47,621 bases of DNA from Mitosporidium daphniae (lineage: Eukaryota), in contig NW_013546567.1 in the NCBI RefSeq assembly GCF_000760515.2, forward strand, positions 1 through 47,621. Reading direction: 5' to 3'. The translations under genes and the position numbers were made by a program. Position 1 is the first letter of the stretch. Each line of letters starts with the position of its first letter. The notes beneath the pieces were generated by a model. It worked only from the letters and a program-made list of their open reading frames with translations, did no database searches and had not been told where the DNA came from. Positions 20,269 through 32,295 of this stretch are shown piece after piece.

Positions 20269-21987
20269 TCACGAAGAGCGCCAGGGATCATCGATTGGAG
20301 AGGGTGTCCACACAGCTGAAGAGTCGCAAGTCGGAAACTGCTCCGGAAAATAGGATGCAGATGTCTCTTCAACCAACGAAGGGGAATTGGAATACAAACT
20401 GTTTCTATCGAAAGAACTACGGCTGGCCGGATCATCTTCATTGTTCAATGAAAGGTCAGACAACTCAACCGACCAGCCGTCATCTTCGGCAAAATTGTCT
20501 CTAGATCCGGGACGTATGTATAGGGCCCTCTCGCCCCTAAAAGTAGAGATGGCTTCTTGACTATAAGACTGGGGCATTCCGTAGTAATCTGAATGGCTTT
20601 CTACCTCGCGATGCTCGTTTGAAGCTATAGAATGCCTTTTAGACAACGGTATGTGGACCGCATCGTTAATGACGCAAAGCCACTCGCTTGTAGTAGGGTT
20701 ATTTGCAACGGGAACTGCTCGCAATTCCAACGAGTGAAAAGCAGAAGATGCGGTGGCTACCTTTAGAAGAAGCGTATTTGAGGAACTTGTCACCAAGGCG
20801 GACACAATAAAATTTTCTTTTCGCTCCCCTTTCTCCTGCATGGAGAAAGATAAGGTTCCAGGGGGGAAGGCTAGCTGTGCACAGAAGGAATTAAAACGCG
20901 GAACAGCGAAGGAACTGGTCGTCTGGTATTCCGGATAAAAATATTTTCCCAGTAAATAGGAAGAAACCAGCGAAGGTAGTTGGGGATTGTTCCACTTTTG
21001 AAAAGAGGAAACCGGCTTGAAAGAGGATAAAGGCTCTTGTTCTTGGTTGAGAATGGATGAAATCACACACTTATCTAACGGTATAATATGTAGATATGAG
21101 CTGAAATCTGAGGGGGTCTGTGTAAGAACCACAAACGAGATGGGCCACCCCGTTGTGAAGAGAGATGACTTTTTTAGCTTGAGAAACCCGCTCAAGACGA
21201 CTTTGGAATCCCCAAAATCCATCGATGACTTCTCAATGTGGTCTTTAGAATAGTTACACGATTTTAAGTGCGAAATGTATTTAAATTTCGTGTCAGAGGC
21301 TGCCAAGTCTGAAGCAGACGTTATTACGGAAAGAAGCTCCTCCAGAAACGCATCTTCAGATCGAAGATGATTTCTACGTTCCGATGCCATTTGGATAAGA
21401 GAGGAAGTAAAAAAAATCGCGATTTCTTTCACTGGATCAATTAATTCCTGCTGAGCTTGATCGGATATTTTTCTTTGTTCTGCCTCGACCTGGTGTCTCC
21501 AGGAAACAAGCTTGGAATTGAAGGAGTTCCTTGTCATCGGGTCCTCCAAGCAAACGAGGTCTGCTCTCGAAGTTGATGACGAAAAAGAAGATGATAAGTC
21601 TGTTGATAGCGATGATAGCTGACCATATGTTGCTTCTGAAATCTTTCGGATCGAATCCCAAGCACTTGATTCTTTTTCAATCGTCTCAATGATACGCATT
21701 GATTCGACCAGCCCATGGGCATTGGCCTCGTGGACGGTTATGCTTTTTTGGATAAATCTGAAAATTGCATTTGAAGCCATATGTAATGCCCTGTATCCGC
21801 TTCCAAAGAAAGGCTCCTTGGATNGATCTTTACTCTCAAGAGGAAACATCGAGGAGATCTTTGCCCACGACTCTTCGCATTCCTTTACCTTTACAAGCAA
21901 TGAAGAAATATTTGTCAAAAATGCGAGAAGTTCTTTGGGGAGGGCCTTAAACTCCATCCATTCTTCGTCTGTTTTGTTGGTGGCCAT
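20269..21987 (-). CDS. Helical/BAR plus PH-domain protein (Slm1-like)
   Basis: 572 aa; helical N-half then VLSGFLKLKKSSLFTTGWPISFVVLT...YLH and SEWLCVINDA PH-like termini. Confidence 0.6.
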   Translation of the reverse strand: MATNKTDEEWMEFKALPKELLAFLTNISSLLVKVKECEESWAKISSMFPLESKDXSKEPFFGSGYRALHMASNAIFRFIQKSITVHEANAHGLVESMRIIETIEKESSAWDSIRKISEATYGQLSSLSTDLSSSFSSSTSRADLVCLEDPMTRNSFNSKLVSWRHQVEAEQRKISDQAQQELIDPVKEIAIFFTSSLIQMASERRNHLRSEDAFLEELLSVITSASDLAASDTKFKYISHLKSCNYSKDHIEKSSMDFGDSKVVLSGFLKLKKSSLFTTGWPISFVVLTQTPSDFSSYLHIIPLDKCVISSILNQEQEPLSSFKPVSSFQKWNNPQLPSLVSSYLLGKYFYPEYQTTSSFAVPRFNSFCAQLAFPPGTLSFSMQEKGERKENFIVSALVTSSSNTLLLKVATASSAFHSLELRAVPVANNPTTSEWLCVINDAVHIPLSKRHSIASNEHREVESHSDYYGMPQSYSQEAISTFRGERALYIRPGSRDNFAEDDGWSVELSDLSLNNEDDPASRSSFDRNSLYSNSPSLVEETSASYFPEQFPTCDSSAVWTPSPIDDPWRSS

Positions 21988-22052
21988 TGTTAGAATGGAG
22001 GTAAATATTGTAAAGGCAAAGGGTGTGGGAATAAAAATGTTATTTTTACATT

Positions 22053-22895
22053 TTAGAATTTAATAAAATCAAAAACTTTCAACAGAGCCACAAAGCCAAC
22101 AATGAAAATAATCAATAGCACGGAGTACACAATGTAATTGATAGACATACGCTTTATCCATATATTCTTTTCAGCTTTTTTTGCTCTCTTCCTAAAGACG
22201 CTGGTCTTTCTTTCGAGGTCAACTATTGTTTAACAAAAATACTTAATACCTGACTGCTGTTGGAGATTCTCAAGCTCTGGACCTCTTTCTACGAGAGATT
22301 TAAGATTATCGAGCATCGTATTTTTGGTATCAGCCAAGCTTTCCTTTATGACGGAAAGCTTCTCTTTATCTTCATCATGGGTGGAAGATAGCGGTGCTTC
22401 AAATGATGAGGAGGCGAGTGGTGTTTCACATGGCGAGGAAGAGGGTGTCAGAATGCTTCCATTCCCAGGAGCTAATGTCACAATCTTGGATAATGGACGA
22501 ACAAGCCTAACTGGTGTTGGGGCTTGAAACGTCTCATTTTCTTTTTCCTGCTCGTTGTAAATACCCCTTTTTCGAAAGGCCAATGTGAGCTCATCCATGT
22601 CCACAGCGAAGAAAGGCTTGATTTTAGAGTCATTGAGATGGAGTTCGTGATATTCTGTAGGTTCCTCCNAGGGCTGTTCACTGTGAAGGGTTGATAATAA
22701 AGTATGATGCGCGTTTGAGGTATGAGCCTCATGGGTTGGGTCGATAGTTTCCATTTCTGGACGTTCATTAGATGGATCTGCCGGCTCCACTTCCGAAGTT
22801 ATTTGAGGTGCAAATTCAATGTCAATAATAGTGTCCGAAGCAAGGGCATCAGTGTGGCCATCTGGGTTATTTGTATCGCTTGGTACCATTTTCAT
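22053..22895 (-). CDS. R-SNARE (synaptobrevin/VAMP) with long acidic N-terminal extension
   Basis: MLDNLKSLVERGPELENL; intron 22223-22249 adds VDLERKTSVFRKRA...W and a C-terminal TM. Confidence 0.85.
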
Positions 22896-22982
22896 CAAGA
22901 AAAAAATGCGGACTTCATTTTGTTTTTGCAAGCTCTCCGCATTTGATTGGTAGGGCTAATTAATTTTTATTTTGTGCCTTTG

Positions 22983-23804
22983 TTAAAATTTAACTGGACC
23001 TGCAAGGGAGAAGGCCAATTGGCGAATAGATGTCCAATAAGCACACACGATGGACTCAAATGCACCATTTTCATGTGTGAGATTTTTGGGGTCGCAAAGT
23101 TCCACTTCAAATTCATGGGTCATTGGCTCTGAGGTATTTGAAGTTACCTGGGTCAGGTCACAAATGAGGAAGGCAGTTGGATGGGGTATGGCTTGTTGGT
23201 GCAAGCTATATGAAACTCTGTTCTTGATGCGTTCATACTTTGGGGATCTTTTAGTGACCTCCTTTTCAGAGAGCAACGCAGGTTTTTCCACACTCACTGA
23301 AATCCGAATGTCAAAGGGGGAATTTGGAAAGTGGACATGCATATCTGCTATTCTCTCTTTGATGACGGAACAGAGTATTTTCCCGGTGGCCTCGTCAGTA
23401 GTGACTCTTATATTCCCAGTATCTCCATGGTAGAATCTATCGACAATCCTATGCCGCTGGTACGAGAGGTATGCACCTGTTTTAGATGCAGACGCTTCGA
23501 CCTCTTTGTTTAGGATAGAATTCAATGCCGAGTGGAGATGAGGAGACATATCCGATTGGAATTTAATATATTTGGATTCCTTGATAACAGTCTCCGTTAG
23601 TATGGGGAGTGAGATGCGAGCGTTTGTATTTTTGTCAATGATAGTTCCAAATTTTGCCTCTATCTAAAGTGAAAATTTGGATGGCGGTACCTCTAACCCG
23701 TCTGTTGAAAGCTTTTTTGACCGCAAAAAGGACACCAATGCAAGGACACACCCGTCAAAGGAAGGGGTGCGTGTAGCAAAGATCAAGGGTAAAGATGCCG
23801 CCAT
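22983..23804 (-). CDS. CET1: mRNA 5'-triphosphatase, Cet1/CYTH tunnel family
   Basis: LE|IEAKFG across intron 23664-23690; RVT, DIRISVSVE, RIKNRVSY, DLTQV, HEFEVE motifs. Confidence 0.9.
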
Positions 23805-23867
23805 GGAAATTATAATTTAGCTTTTACAAATTTATTTTGCTATCGTGGGAATTTGGGTGTATGAACA

Positions 23868-24379
23868 CTACCGAAGCAGCAGCAAAACTAGAAAGTTAGT
23901 AAGACGCATTAAGCCTACATGATATCAGTGCAGATAGGACCATCAGAATCAGGGCAAGAAAGATGTACGAGCGGTAACGAAGCCATCTTGTGGTTTTCTT
24001 CGTTGCCTCGCTTTTTACCAGAAATACGCTGGTTTGGGCCTCAAGGTCATCTAAATGGTCAATAAAAAGGATAAAAAGCCATACGGGCACGATCGGAAAG
24101 CTCTCCAAGTTGCGTCTCTCTATTGATAGTCTTTTCCACATTCTCATTCATGATTTCCTTTGCATTTTCTAAATCCAGTGCAATTTCACGCAAATAATCG
24201 GACCCATCGTCAGATCCATCGATTTTGACTCTTTTTTGTGATAGCTCTTCATCAACAACGTCGTGCACATATTGGGGGGAGTGCCTCCCAGTGTTGAGGG
24301 GGGCAGGGCTCGTTTTTGCATGACCCTGTTCCATCGAATCAGCAGGATCGACCCCTAAAGCATCGGGTTTTAGCTCCAT
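23868..24379 (-). CDS. R-SNARE (synaptobrevin/VAMP)
   Basis: IMNENVEKTINRETQLGELSDRA|HDLEAQTSVF; introns 24051-24084 and 23888-23918 (tactaac branch); C-terminal TM. Confidence 0.85.
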
Positions 24380-24527
24380 TGCAATCAAAAATTCTTCTCG
24401 CAAAGTTGAAATTATGTGTTTAGGGACTGGCTATGCCTCATATGCAATTGATGGAAACACAAAATTTCATTTTGAAGTCTAATTTTTTATTTGTCTTCCC
24501 AATTTTAAACAGCAAGATTCGATTGGT

Positions 24528-24844
24528 CTAAATTGGCGCCTCACCGTCTAGATGATGCAATTTTGAATATGACCGCAAGTCTATTTCAACGATAGGCCTA
24601 AATTGATAGCGCTCTATAAATTGAAAGGTTAGGGTTGCATACCTTCTCTGTGCATATATTCAATGTCTTGAAAATTGTCTGGATTCTCTTTATCTAGCCA
24701 ACTTAACGAGTTGAAGGAGGGTTTGATCGAGGAGATGGAGTGCTTCAGCAGTGAAGAACTCTTAACAGCAGCCGGTATCTTTGAGGAGAAGGCCGATTTT
24801 GCACCGACTGGGGAATTTGTCTTGTCCCTCAAAATGGACTCCAT
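24528..24844 (-). CDS. Small securin (Cut2)-like protein
   Basis: ILRDKTN D-box-like motif, KEN box, DIEYM motif; intron 24614-24642. Confidence 0.45.
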
Positions 24845-24941
24845 GGCGAGGTTGGTGAAACTGAAAGTAAAATTAAATTTTTGTCACAATTGGGAACCAT
24901 ATTTACGCTTTGAAGTGTTAATTTACTGGATTCAATTTAAA

Positions 24942-25719
24942 TTAAACATCCATCGAGTGGTCAGGGGAAAGTTCGGAAACAGCTCCATCATGAAGAACAG
25001 CGATGGGATTGATCCTGAACTCTGAGAGCTGATAGAAAAATACTTTCAACAATTTAGCCTGGTCGCTGGTCAGGACGTCACCCTGCTGGCAAATCGTATA
25101 GGGCGCATCGAGGATCAAGAAACCGCCTTTTAGCAAAACGGGCATTCCGGCATTTCTCAGCTGGCTTTCAAAGGTGTGCGATAGAAACTCCTCGTTTCTG
25201 GAAACCGTTCCCACTGGGATGGTGACGCTTTCTGTGGCAATGGCGCCGGCACGAGCATAGTCTACGTGGACCGCTTGCTTACAATAGCTTTGAAAGACTT
25301 TTGGATCCTTATCGGTCATCAGTAGCCCAACATTATTTCCCACCAAATACTACAAGTTAACGGGCAAAGCTGCAAACCTTTCCAAGACGGTACGAGTCCT
25401 CAATTGCCGAGTCAGAAGGAGTCGATCCAAGCGCCTTTACCAAAACTTTGTTCTTGCCAAAAAATATCCTAGCCACGGTGAGCGTGAAGCGGTTACCTTG
25501 AGCCTGAATATTCGCTTCTGAATTCCTTGAGAAATGAATTTCGCATATTCTGCACGGAAAATACATATGCATATGGATACTCTTTCAACGAATCCTGTAC
25601 TCTAGACACCAGAGAAGCCTTTGAATCCTTGGTTTTCTTTTGCGAACTGGTAAACTGGTCTACAAAGTAAGCATGTTGCGATGGGAAGTACATTTCAATG
25701 CTTTCTTGGTCCTAACCAT
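24942..25719 (-). CDS. MRT4: Ribosome assembly factor Mrt4
   Basis: VFSVQNMRNSFLKEFR, SRIFFGKNKV, DYARAG; introns 25660-25691, 25469-25496, 25350-25377. Confidence 0.95.
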
Positions 25720-26032
25720 TGCGAAAATTTTAAACTTTCAATTTAAATTTAATTCCAATTGCCATGTAAGCACTTGCATGGGGAGGAGGCCATGCCTATA
25801 ATTTATTTGAAGAAATAAAAATTAATCCGAAACTGTAAATCAGATTTTGTGCCGGTTCTTGGTGCAACCTGATTTTCAGACAACTGGATCAGCCTAGGAA
25901 TGTTGCTGAATAAAAATACATCACTGGATTGCGAGAAACCCGCAAGCCTGCCTTTTCGGTATAAATCGAGCTTGAAGGCAGTAGTAACCTGATTTCGCTC
26001 TCCCGAAAGAGAACATGCCGCTTATTTCTGGA

Positions 26033-27744
26033 TTAGACAAGGAATCTACGGAAAATGTTTGATTTGGAAATTTGACGCAGATAGGTTCTATCAAAGATGG
26101 ACAAGTGATACATAAGTTCAGATTTCGAAAATCCAATTGCCGCAGATGCCGCTTGTAATAGAGCATCAAAGTCACAGCTTTGGAATATGGTGTCTGCACC
26201 ATATGTTTCGGAGTCTCCCCTCTTATAAAGACCCGGGATTAACGGATAGTGCCGCCCATGCCTCCAAGAGCTGTAGTCAACGGTTTTTTGCCATGAAATT
26301 GAAATGTTCTGATCATTTTGAGTATCGTTGAAATTTTTTTGACTCAACGTTAGCAAGGCATTAGGATGTTCCGGAAATTCTCCGATCGATGGAACATTGA
26401 AAGTTGGAAATTTTTCCCCAATCGTTGCCTCTGCACTATTTTCAAAAGGAAGAGGTGGGATGTTAATCTCATTCGCCACTTGAAGGGGCTGCAGCACGGA
26501 TGCAGTTGAGGAGATTGCTTGTACAAATCCATTTAATTGGTCTACATTGGCAATGGAGAACATATATTCCGGAAGCAAAATGTCCTTTTTGCTGTTGAGA
26601 TACCATTGTTCCTTTAAAGCCGAAAACGGGGGAAGAGCATCCGATAGCGATACTAAAGATGGGTCCCCGCTAATTTCCTGCTTCAAGTTGACCTTGGAGC
26701 GCGATACCAAAGGCTTTGTATAGATAGACATATGCACATCATACAGGAGGCGAATTGCACTAATGAGCGGGATGGCCGCTTTGATTGATGGTACAGTAAA
26801 GTCGCGGTTATATTTTTCTAGCGCATTTTCAAACGATAGAATTTCGACAAGCAAAAGTGCTGCATGTATAACTTGCACTAAAACATCAGCGATTCGTTAA
26901 AGTTACCGGGAAGCGATAGCTTCAGCCCTAACGAGACAAGGTATGTTGGAAGCGGAAAGCCAAATTCAAACTGATCCGCGAAAAGCGTGCAAAGTTGAAA
27001 GACCATATTTTCCAGGTCTTTGGCGGTGGGAAGCGAACTGGGAATAAACACAATGTGATACGACGAATGCAGCAAATGGCTCAACCTAAGCTCTTTTGGC
27101 AGCATGTTAAAAGCATTAAAGTATGGAACTTTTCCTGTGGACATTCACTGAATCATATCCTGCCCCAAAATCGATAGCTGACATTTCCAGCATCCAAAAA
27201 GAAGAATCGCAGGAAGAATTTGAGTTGAAAAAAAAACGGCCCTCCTAACTTGTTTCATCTCTTCGAGCTTCTGATCACAGCAAAAAAAGGAATTTTCCTC
27301 CAAGGCCTTCACATACTGCAGCCATGTATTTTTCACATGACTTTCCAGAACGGTTACGCCGTCGGCAAGTTTTAGCAGACGCTGAAGAGAGGAAAGTTGT
27401 AGGAGAAGCATGCTCTGGAAAATGGCAATCACAAAATGTGGATCAGAATAGGAAGGTCCGTGCGCAAATTTACTTTGCTTAGCCGATTTGTGTGATTTCA
27501 GTTGAGGACTACAGCCGCCAAGAAGGCCCTTATTGACGGTACGCCCAAATAAAAGCACATTCGGTTGCATTTCGGAAGCATCTGCCACCTCTTCCATGTA
27601 AAACTAATGCATAAATTTTGTGAAGAAAACCATGGATTCATGGCCATTGCTGCAATACATGATGCCATCCCCTTTTGTATATCGCGTCGACCTGCATTGC
27701 GGACATGGATCATAAATAGCCAAGGGCTTCTTCCTTGTGGGCAT
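26033..27744 (-). CDS. RRN7: RNA polymerase I core factor Rrn7/TAF1B, with in-frame TGA at 27145-27147
   Basis: Zn ribbon CPQCRSTRYTKGDGIMYCSNGH; cyclin-like DMIQ*MSTGKVPYFNAFNMLP; introns 27604-27630 and 26878-26906. Confidence 0.75.
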
Positions 27745-27799
27745 TAAACTTTAATTTAAATTTGGGAAAGCATCCAATTAAGTCATTTACTGCTCATCA

Positions 27800-29497
27800 T
27801 CAGACAAAGGATGCCCCAAAGGCGGTAAGAGCCTCTCTAAGTTTTTTGGTGGTAGTCTCTGAAAGAGAATTTTCCCTTCTAATGCTTTCAAATATATCTG
27901 GATGATTCTCCAACAGGTGGGGAATCAGTCTCGCCTCGTAAGCAGTGACGCGCTTCGAATCAAGCTTGTCAAGAAAGCCGTTCACCCCGCAAAATATGAT
28001 CACAACTTGTTGCTCGACCGGGATCGGGCGATATTGCGGCTGCTTAAGTAGTTCCGTTAGCCTTGCACCACGGTTCAAAAGAAACTGCGTAGAAGCATCC
28101 AAGTCGGAGCCGAACTGAGCAAAGGCAGCCACCTCTCGATATTGGGCCAAAAAGAGTTTGAGGGATCCGGCCACCTGCTTCATGGCTTTTATTTGAGCAG
28201 CTGAACCGACTCTGCTTACAGAGAGACCGACATTGATGGCCGGACGGATGCCTTTAAAAAAGAGCTCTGCTTCTAGAAAGATTTGGCCATCCGTAATGGA
28301 AATGACATTGGTCGGAATGTACGCAGAGACATCCCCACCTTGGGTTTCAATGATCGGAAGGGCCGTCAGCGAACCACTTCCAAAAGCTTTTGACATTTTT
28401 GCGGCCCTCTCTAGCAAACGCGAGTGGAGATAAAAGACGTCACCAGGATATGCCTCCCGTCCAGGGGGGCGTCTCAATAAAAGAGACATCTGGCGATATG
28501 CAACCGCTTGTTTAGAAAGATCGTCATAAACAATCAATGCATGCTTTTTGTTGTCGCGAAAGTATTCACCCATGGCGCATCCGGTGTATGGCGCCAGGTA
28601 TTGCAAGGGAGCTGCCTCAGACGCTGTTGCCGCAACGATGATAGTATACTTGAGTGCGTCGTTTTCCTCAAGCTTCTGTACGAATTGGGCTACCGTTGAT
28701 CGCTTTTGACCAATGGCGACATAAACACAATAGAGTTTCTTCGACTCGTCCGCCTGGTCATTCCAGTTCTTCTGGTTGATGATGGTGTCAAGAGCAATGG
28801 CTGTCTTTCCAGTTTGGCGATCCCCGATGATCAGCTCGCGCTGACCCCGGCCGATTGGTACCATGGAGTCGATGGATTTGATCCCTGTCTGCATGGGCTC
28901 TCTTACAGACTCTCTGGGAATAATTCCAGGCGCTTTGACAGAAACGCGCTGGCGAGTGACATTTTTTAATGGCCCCTAGCGGCGGTTTACTTTGCTCAAA
29001 AATTACCTTGCCATCGATGGGGTTTCCCAAAGCATCAACCACTCGACCAAGTAGACCCTCGCCCGTGGGCACATCCACTATATTGCCTGTGCGCTTTACA
29101 ATATCCCCTTCTTTTATCTGACGATCGTTTCCGAAAATCACAATGCCGACATTGTCAGCCTCCAAATTCAAAGCCATTCCCTGCAAAGGTAATCTTTTTG
29201 AAGGATACCTGAACTCCGCCCNAAAATTCAACCATCTCTTCTGCCTGCACATTCTTTAAACCATAGACACGAACGATTCCGTCGCCAATAGAAAGGACTC
29301 TACCGGTTTCCTGGATGTCGATCGACCCTCCTATGCCAAGGATCTTTTCCTCCAAGATAGAAGAGACCTCTGACGTGCCTAGCGGCAAGAACAGTACATA
29401 TTACTATACCTGCTTTAGCAGCTGATGCGTACCACAGCCTTGAGGCCACGGGATTTAAAATTCGACAAATTCGCCCATAAAGAAGTGGCTTAATCAT
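27800..29497 (-). CDS. ATP1: Mitochondrial F1 ATP synthase alpha subunit (nuclear-encoded)
   Basis: Arg-rich presequence, [32 protein letters not shown]; introns 29379-29409, 29181-29208, 28976-29006. Confidence 0.98.
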
Positions 29498-29586
29498 TCA
29501 AGATAATGCTGATGATTTTCTTGGAAAAAAACTTCCTAATCAAATTGATTGCTGGAATCGCAAAAAGTAATGCAATTAAATTTTAT

Positions 29587-29967
29587 TTATTTTGCAGTAA
29601 TAAAATTCTTTTCATTTTGGCTCAAGATATCGAGATTCGCAATGCTTCCATTTTCCCCGAATCGATAGGTGACTTCGCCGGGATCTATCCAAATAGTGAG
29701 CTCTGTTGGAAACATTGAAATTTCAAAGGAACACCGCCTGGCAGCCTCTTGTAGGATTGGGTCCACATAACTACAGCTAACCATCAGCGAGCGAAAGGCA
29801 TTTCCCTTGATGGGATTGCTTACATCCCAGTGTGTTGCGAATTTGGAGCAGAGTAAATCTATGAGCGACTCTTGAAAGGCGTCTATTTGAACTGTGGAGC
29901 AGTTTGAAAGCACCGGCCTTAGAATGGTGCTCAAAAAGCTTATTGCAGAATGGATCTCCTTTATCAT
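29587..29967 (-). CDS. BTG/Tob family protein (domain only)
   Basis: EIHSAISFL, HWDVSNPIKGNAFR, FPTELTIWIDPGEVTYRFGE. Confidence 0.92.
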   Translation of the reverse strand: MIKEIHSAISFLSTILRPVLSNCSTVQIDAFQESLIDLLCSKFATHWDVSNPIKGNAFRSLMVSCSYVDPILQEAARRCSFEISMFPTELTIWIDPGEVTYRFGENGSIANLDILSQNEKNFITAK

Positions 29968-30355
29968 GAAGAGAGAAAGATAATTGAATGAAATTTGATC
30001 TATCGATCAGCCTTTAACTCAAATCAACGGATGAAACTTTAATCACCAATTCCCAAGCCCTGATTGGTCCCAATTTTCTATTGGTGTCAGTTTATAAAAT
30101 TTAAATTGCAATACCAATGACAATTCCTCAATATATATGAGCATTGAGGATTGTCCTACCCGCAAAAGCTACGTACACTTTGAACTGTTCCAAATAAAAG
30201 GGCTAAAACATTACCGCAGACATTTTTATGCAGACATCTCGGGTCAAACGAGAGGGGGCCGTGGTTTTGTCAAGTTTAATTAGTGGATTCTATAAATTTT
30301 ATGTGAGTGGATTAATTGCTAGAGCAGTCTATGTTAATGGTAGCACAATAATGGA

Positions 30356-31547
30356 CTACAGGGCGTTTTTCTTTTCAAGCAGGCTTTTAAGATAGTATTC
30401 GCCCGCTTTGTATGATGATCTGACGAGCGGGCCGGAGGCAACGTAGGAAAACCCCAAACTCTGGCCCTTTTCTTGCCAGTAGGCAAATGTTTCAGGGTGA
30501 ACATATGCCTCTACCTTTAAATGCCGTTTTGTGGGTCTCATATATTGACCAATGGTCAGGGCATCAACGCCTGCACTCCGTAAATCTAAATTTATCAGGG
30601 CCCAGCGAAAAAGTACCTTTCATCGTTTGAAGAATTTCTTCAGGCTGTTCGCCCAGGCCCAGCATGATGGCGGATTTTGTGAGAAGATTTTCAGAACGGC
30701 TTTGCTTTGCAAATTCTAACAAACGAAGTGATTGCCTGTACCCGGCACGCCTATCTCTGACAAATGGGGTTAAGCGCTCAACTGTTTCCAGATTGTGAGC
30801 AAAGACATTTAAAGGTGCCAGGATCACTACCTTGGCATCGAAAAGCGAGCCTTGGAAGTCACCTGTAAGGGCTTCTATCAAAATTTCTGGCTTTCGTTCC
30901 TTCAGAAGCGAGATTGTCTTTGCAAAATGCAGTGCCCCGTTATCGGGAAGATCATCGCGATCAACCGAAGTAAGGACAATGTAATCAACTCCCCACTTGC
31001 AGATTGCATCTGCAGTACGATCCGGTTCATTTACATCGAGGGGCGCGGGTGTTTTTGATGTCTTTACAGAACAAAAGCGGCATCCACGCGTGCACGTATC
31101 TCCCATAAGCATAATGGTTGCTGTCGAGGGGCTAGCCTTTTTTCCATCGCCAGAAGAGCCTGACCAGCATGTGCCGATATTTGGACATTTAGCCTCCTGG
31201 CAAACCGTATTTAGTTTTAGACTTTCAAGAGAAGTTTTCAATTTTGAGTACCCTGCGCCAATGGGGACCGGGGTTTTTATCCACGGCGGAATTCTTTCCG
31301 GGCTCCAGTGCGGAACCAGTTGCGGAGCAACTTGCGCGTTCGCGTCATAGTACTGGCCGGATTCCAAATTCTGTCCCTTTTGCTGCCTGAAAGCCAAATT
31401 ATCGGCAATTAAATTGTTTGTTTCGGTTTGGGAGGCCAAAATATTGACATCCTTGTCAAGAAAATGATCCAAAGAGGGTCCCAACGAAATTCGATGCTTC
31501 CATGTGGAAAAGAAGATGCAATGCAATTGATTTATCCCTCTGGCCAT
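30356..31547 (-). CDS. LIP5: Mitochondrial lipoyl synthase
   Basis: [32 protein letters not shown]; intron 30586-30616. Confidence 0.96.
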
Positions 31548-31654
31548 TAAAATTAAAAAACAAAATCTCAGTCCTCAATTTGTCCGAGTTTTGGCCAATT
31601 ATTTAGCATTAGGTTAAATGGAAAATCGGGTCACGATTCCAACCCACAAGCCAT

Positions 31655-31984
31655 ATGCGATATACGTACATCCTTTTATATTTAAGCATACTTATTACCG
31701 CCTTGAGTTTTTATCCTTCAGTTGGTATGTCAAATAGAGATGCTAAATTTGTAGTTGCTAACACGTCTGAAAAGGAAGCATCGACACCCCCAGGAAAGAA
31801 CGGGAACAATTTAAATGGAATGCTGCTATACTCTGGAAATGCTAAGGAAGGATTCGATGTTTTAGTCCTCTTGTGTAAACTCGTTGTGGCGGTAGGCGTG
31901 CTTTTGGGATTGCTAACTCTTAGTTTGATACCTTTATGGACTCGATTGAAAACGTCTTTAACCTTTTTAAATAGGCAAATGTAA
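31655..31984 (+). CDS. Hypothetical small protein with signal peptide and C-terminal TM
   Basis: 109-aa ORF with two hydrophobic segments. Confidence 0.5.
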   Translation: MRYTYILLYLSILITALSFYPSVGMSNRDAKFVVANTSEKEASTPPGKNGNNLNGMLLYSGNAKEGFDVLVLLCKLVVAVGVLLGLLTLSLIPLWTRLKTSLTFLNRQM

Positions 31985-32295
31985 ATGGCATATCAATGCA
32001 TCGCGCACCGGTCGATTATTATATTATAATTTAAATAAAACTTTCCATTATGCAAGTGCAGGCTGCATTTTTTACCTGGTTGTGTGAAATAATGCAGCGA
32101 TAAATTGGAGAATTTTGCTTTTAATTGCTTCATCTCAGCTGTCATTAGCATAGAATCGACGGCAATATTCAGGCATTTGCATTTATCACATAAATTGAAA
32201 GAAAATCAACGATACCAAATAAATAGGCCTGCAACATACGAAAACAAGGGGAAAAAGTCGAACATCAACGTTGCAACCATTGCATAGAAAAGCAA

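Noticed and set aside
27145..27147. Genome-wide TGA=Trp reassignment
   Set aside because: TGA terminates several conserved genes at expected C-termini, and the Trp codons I translated elsewhere are TGG.
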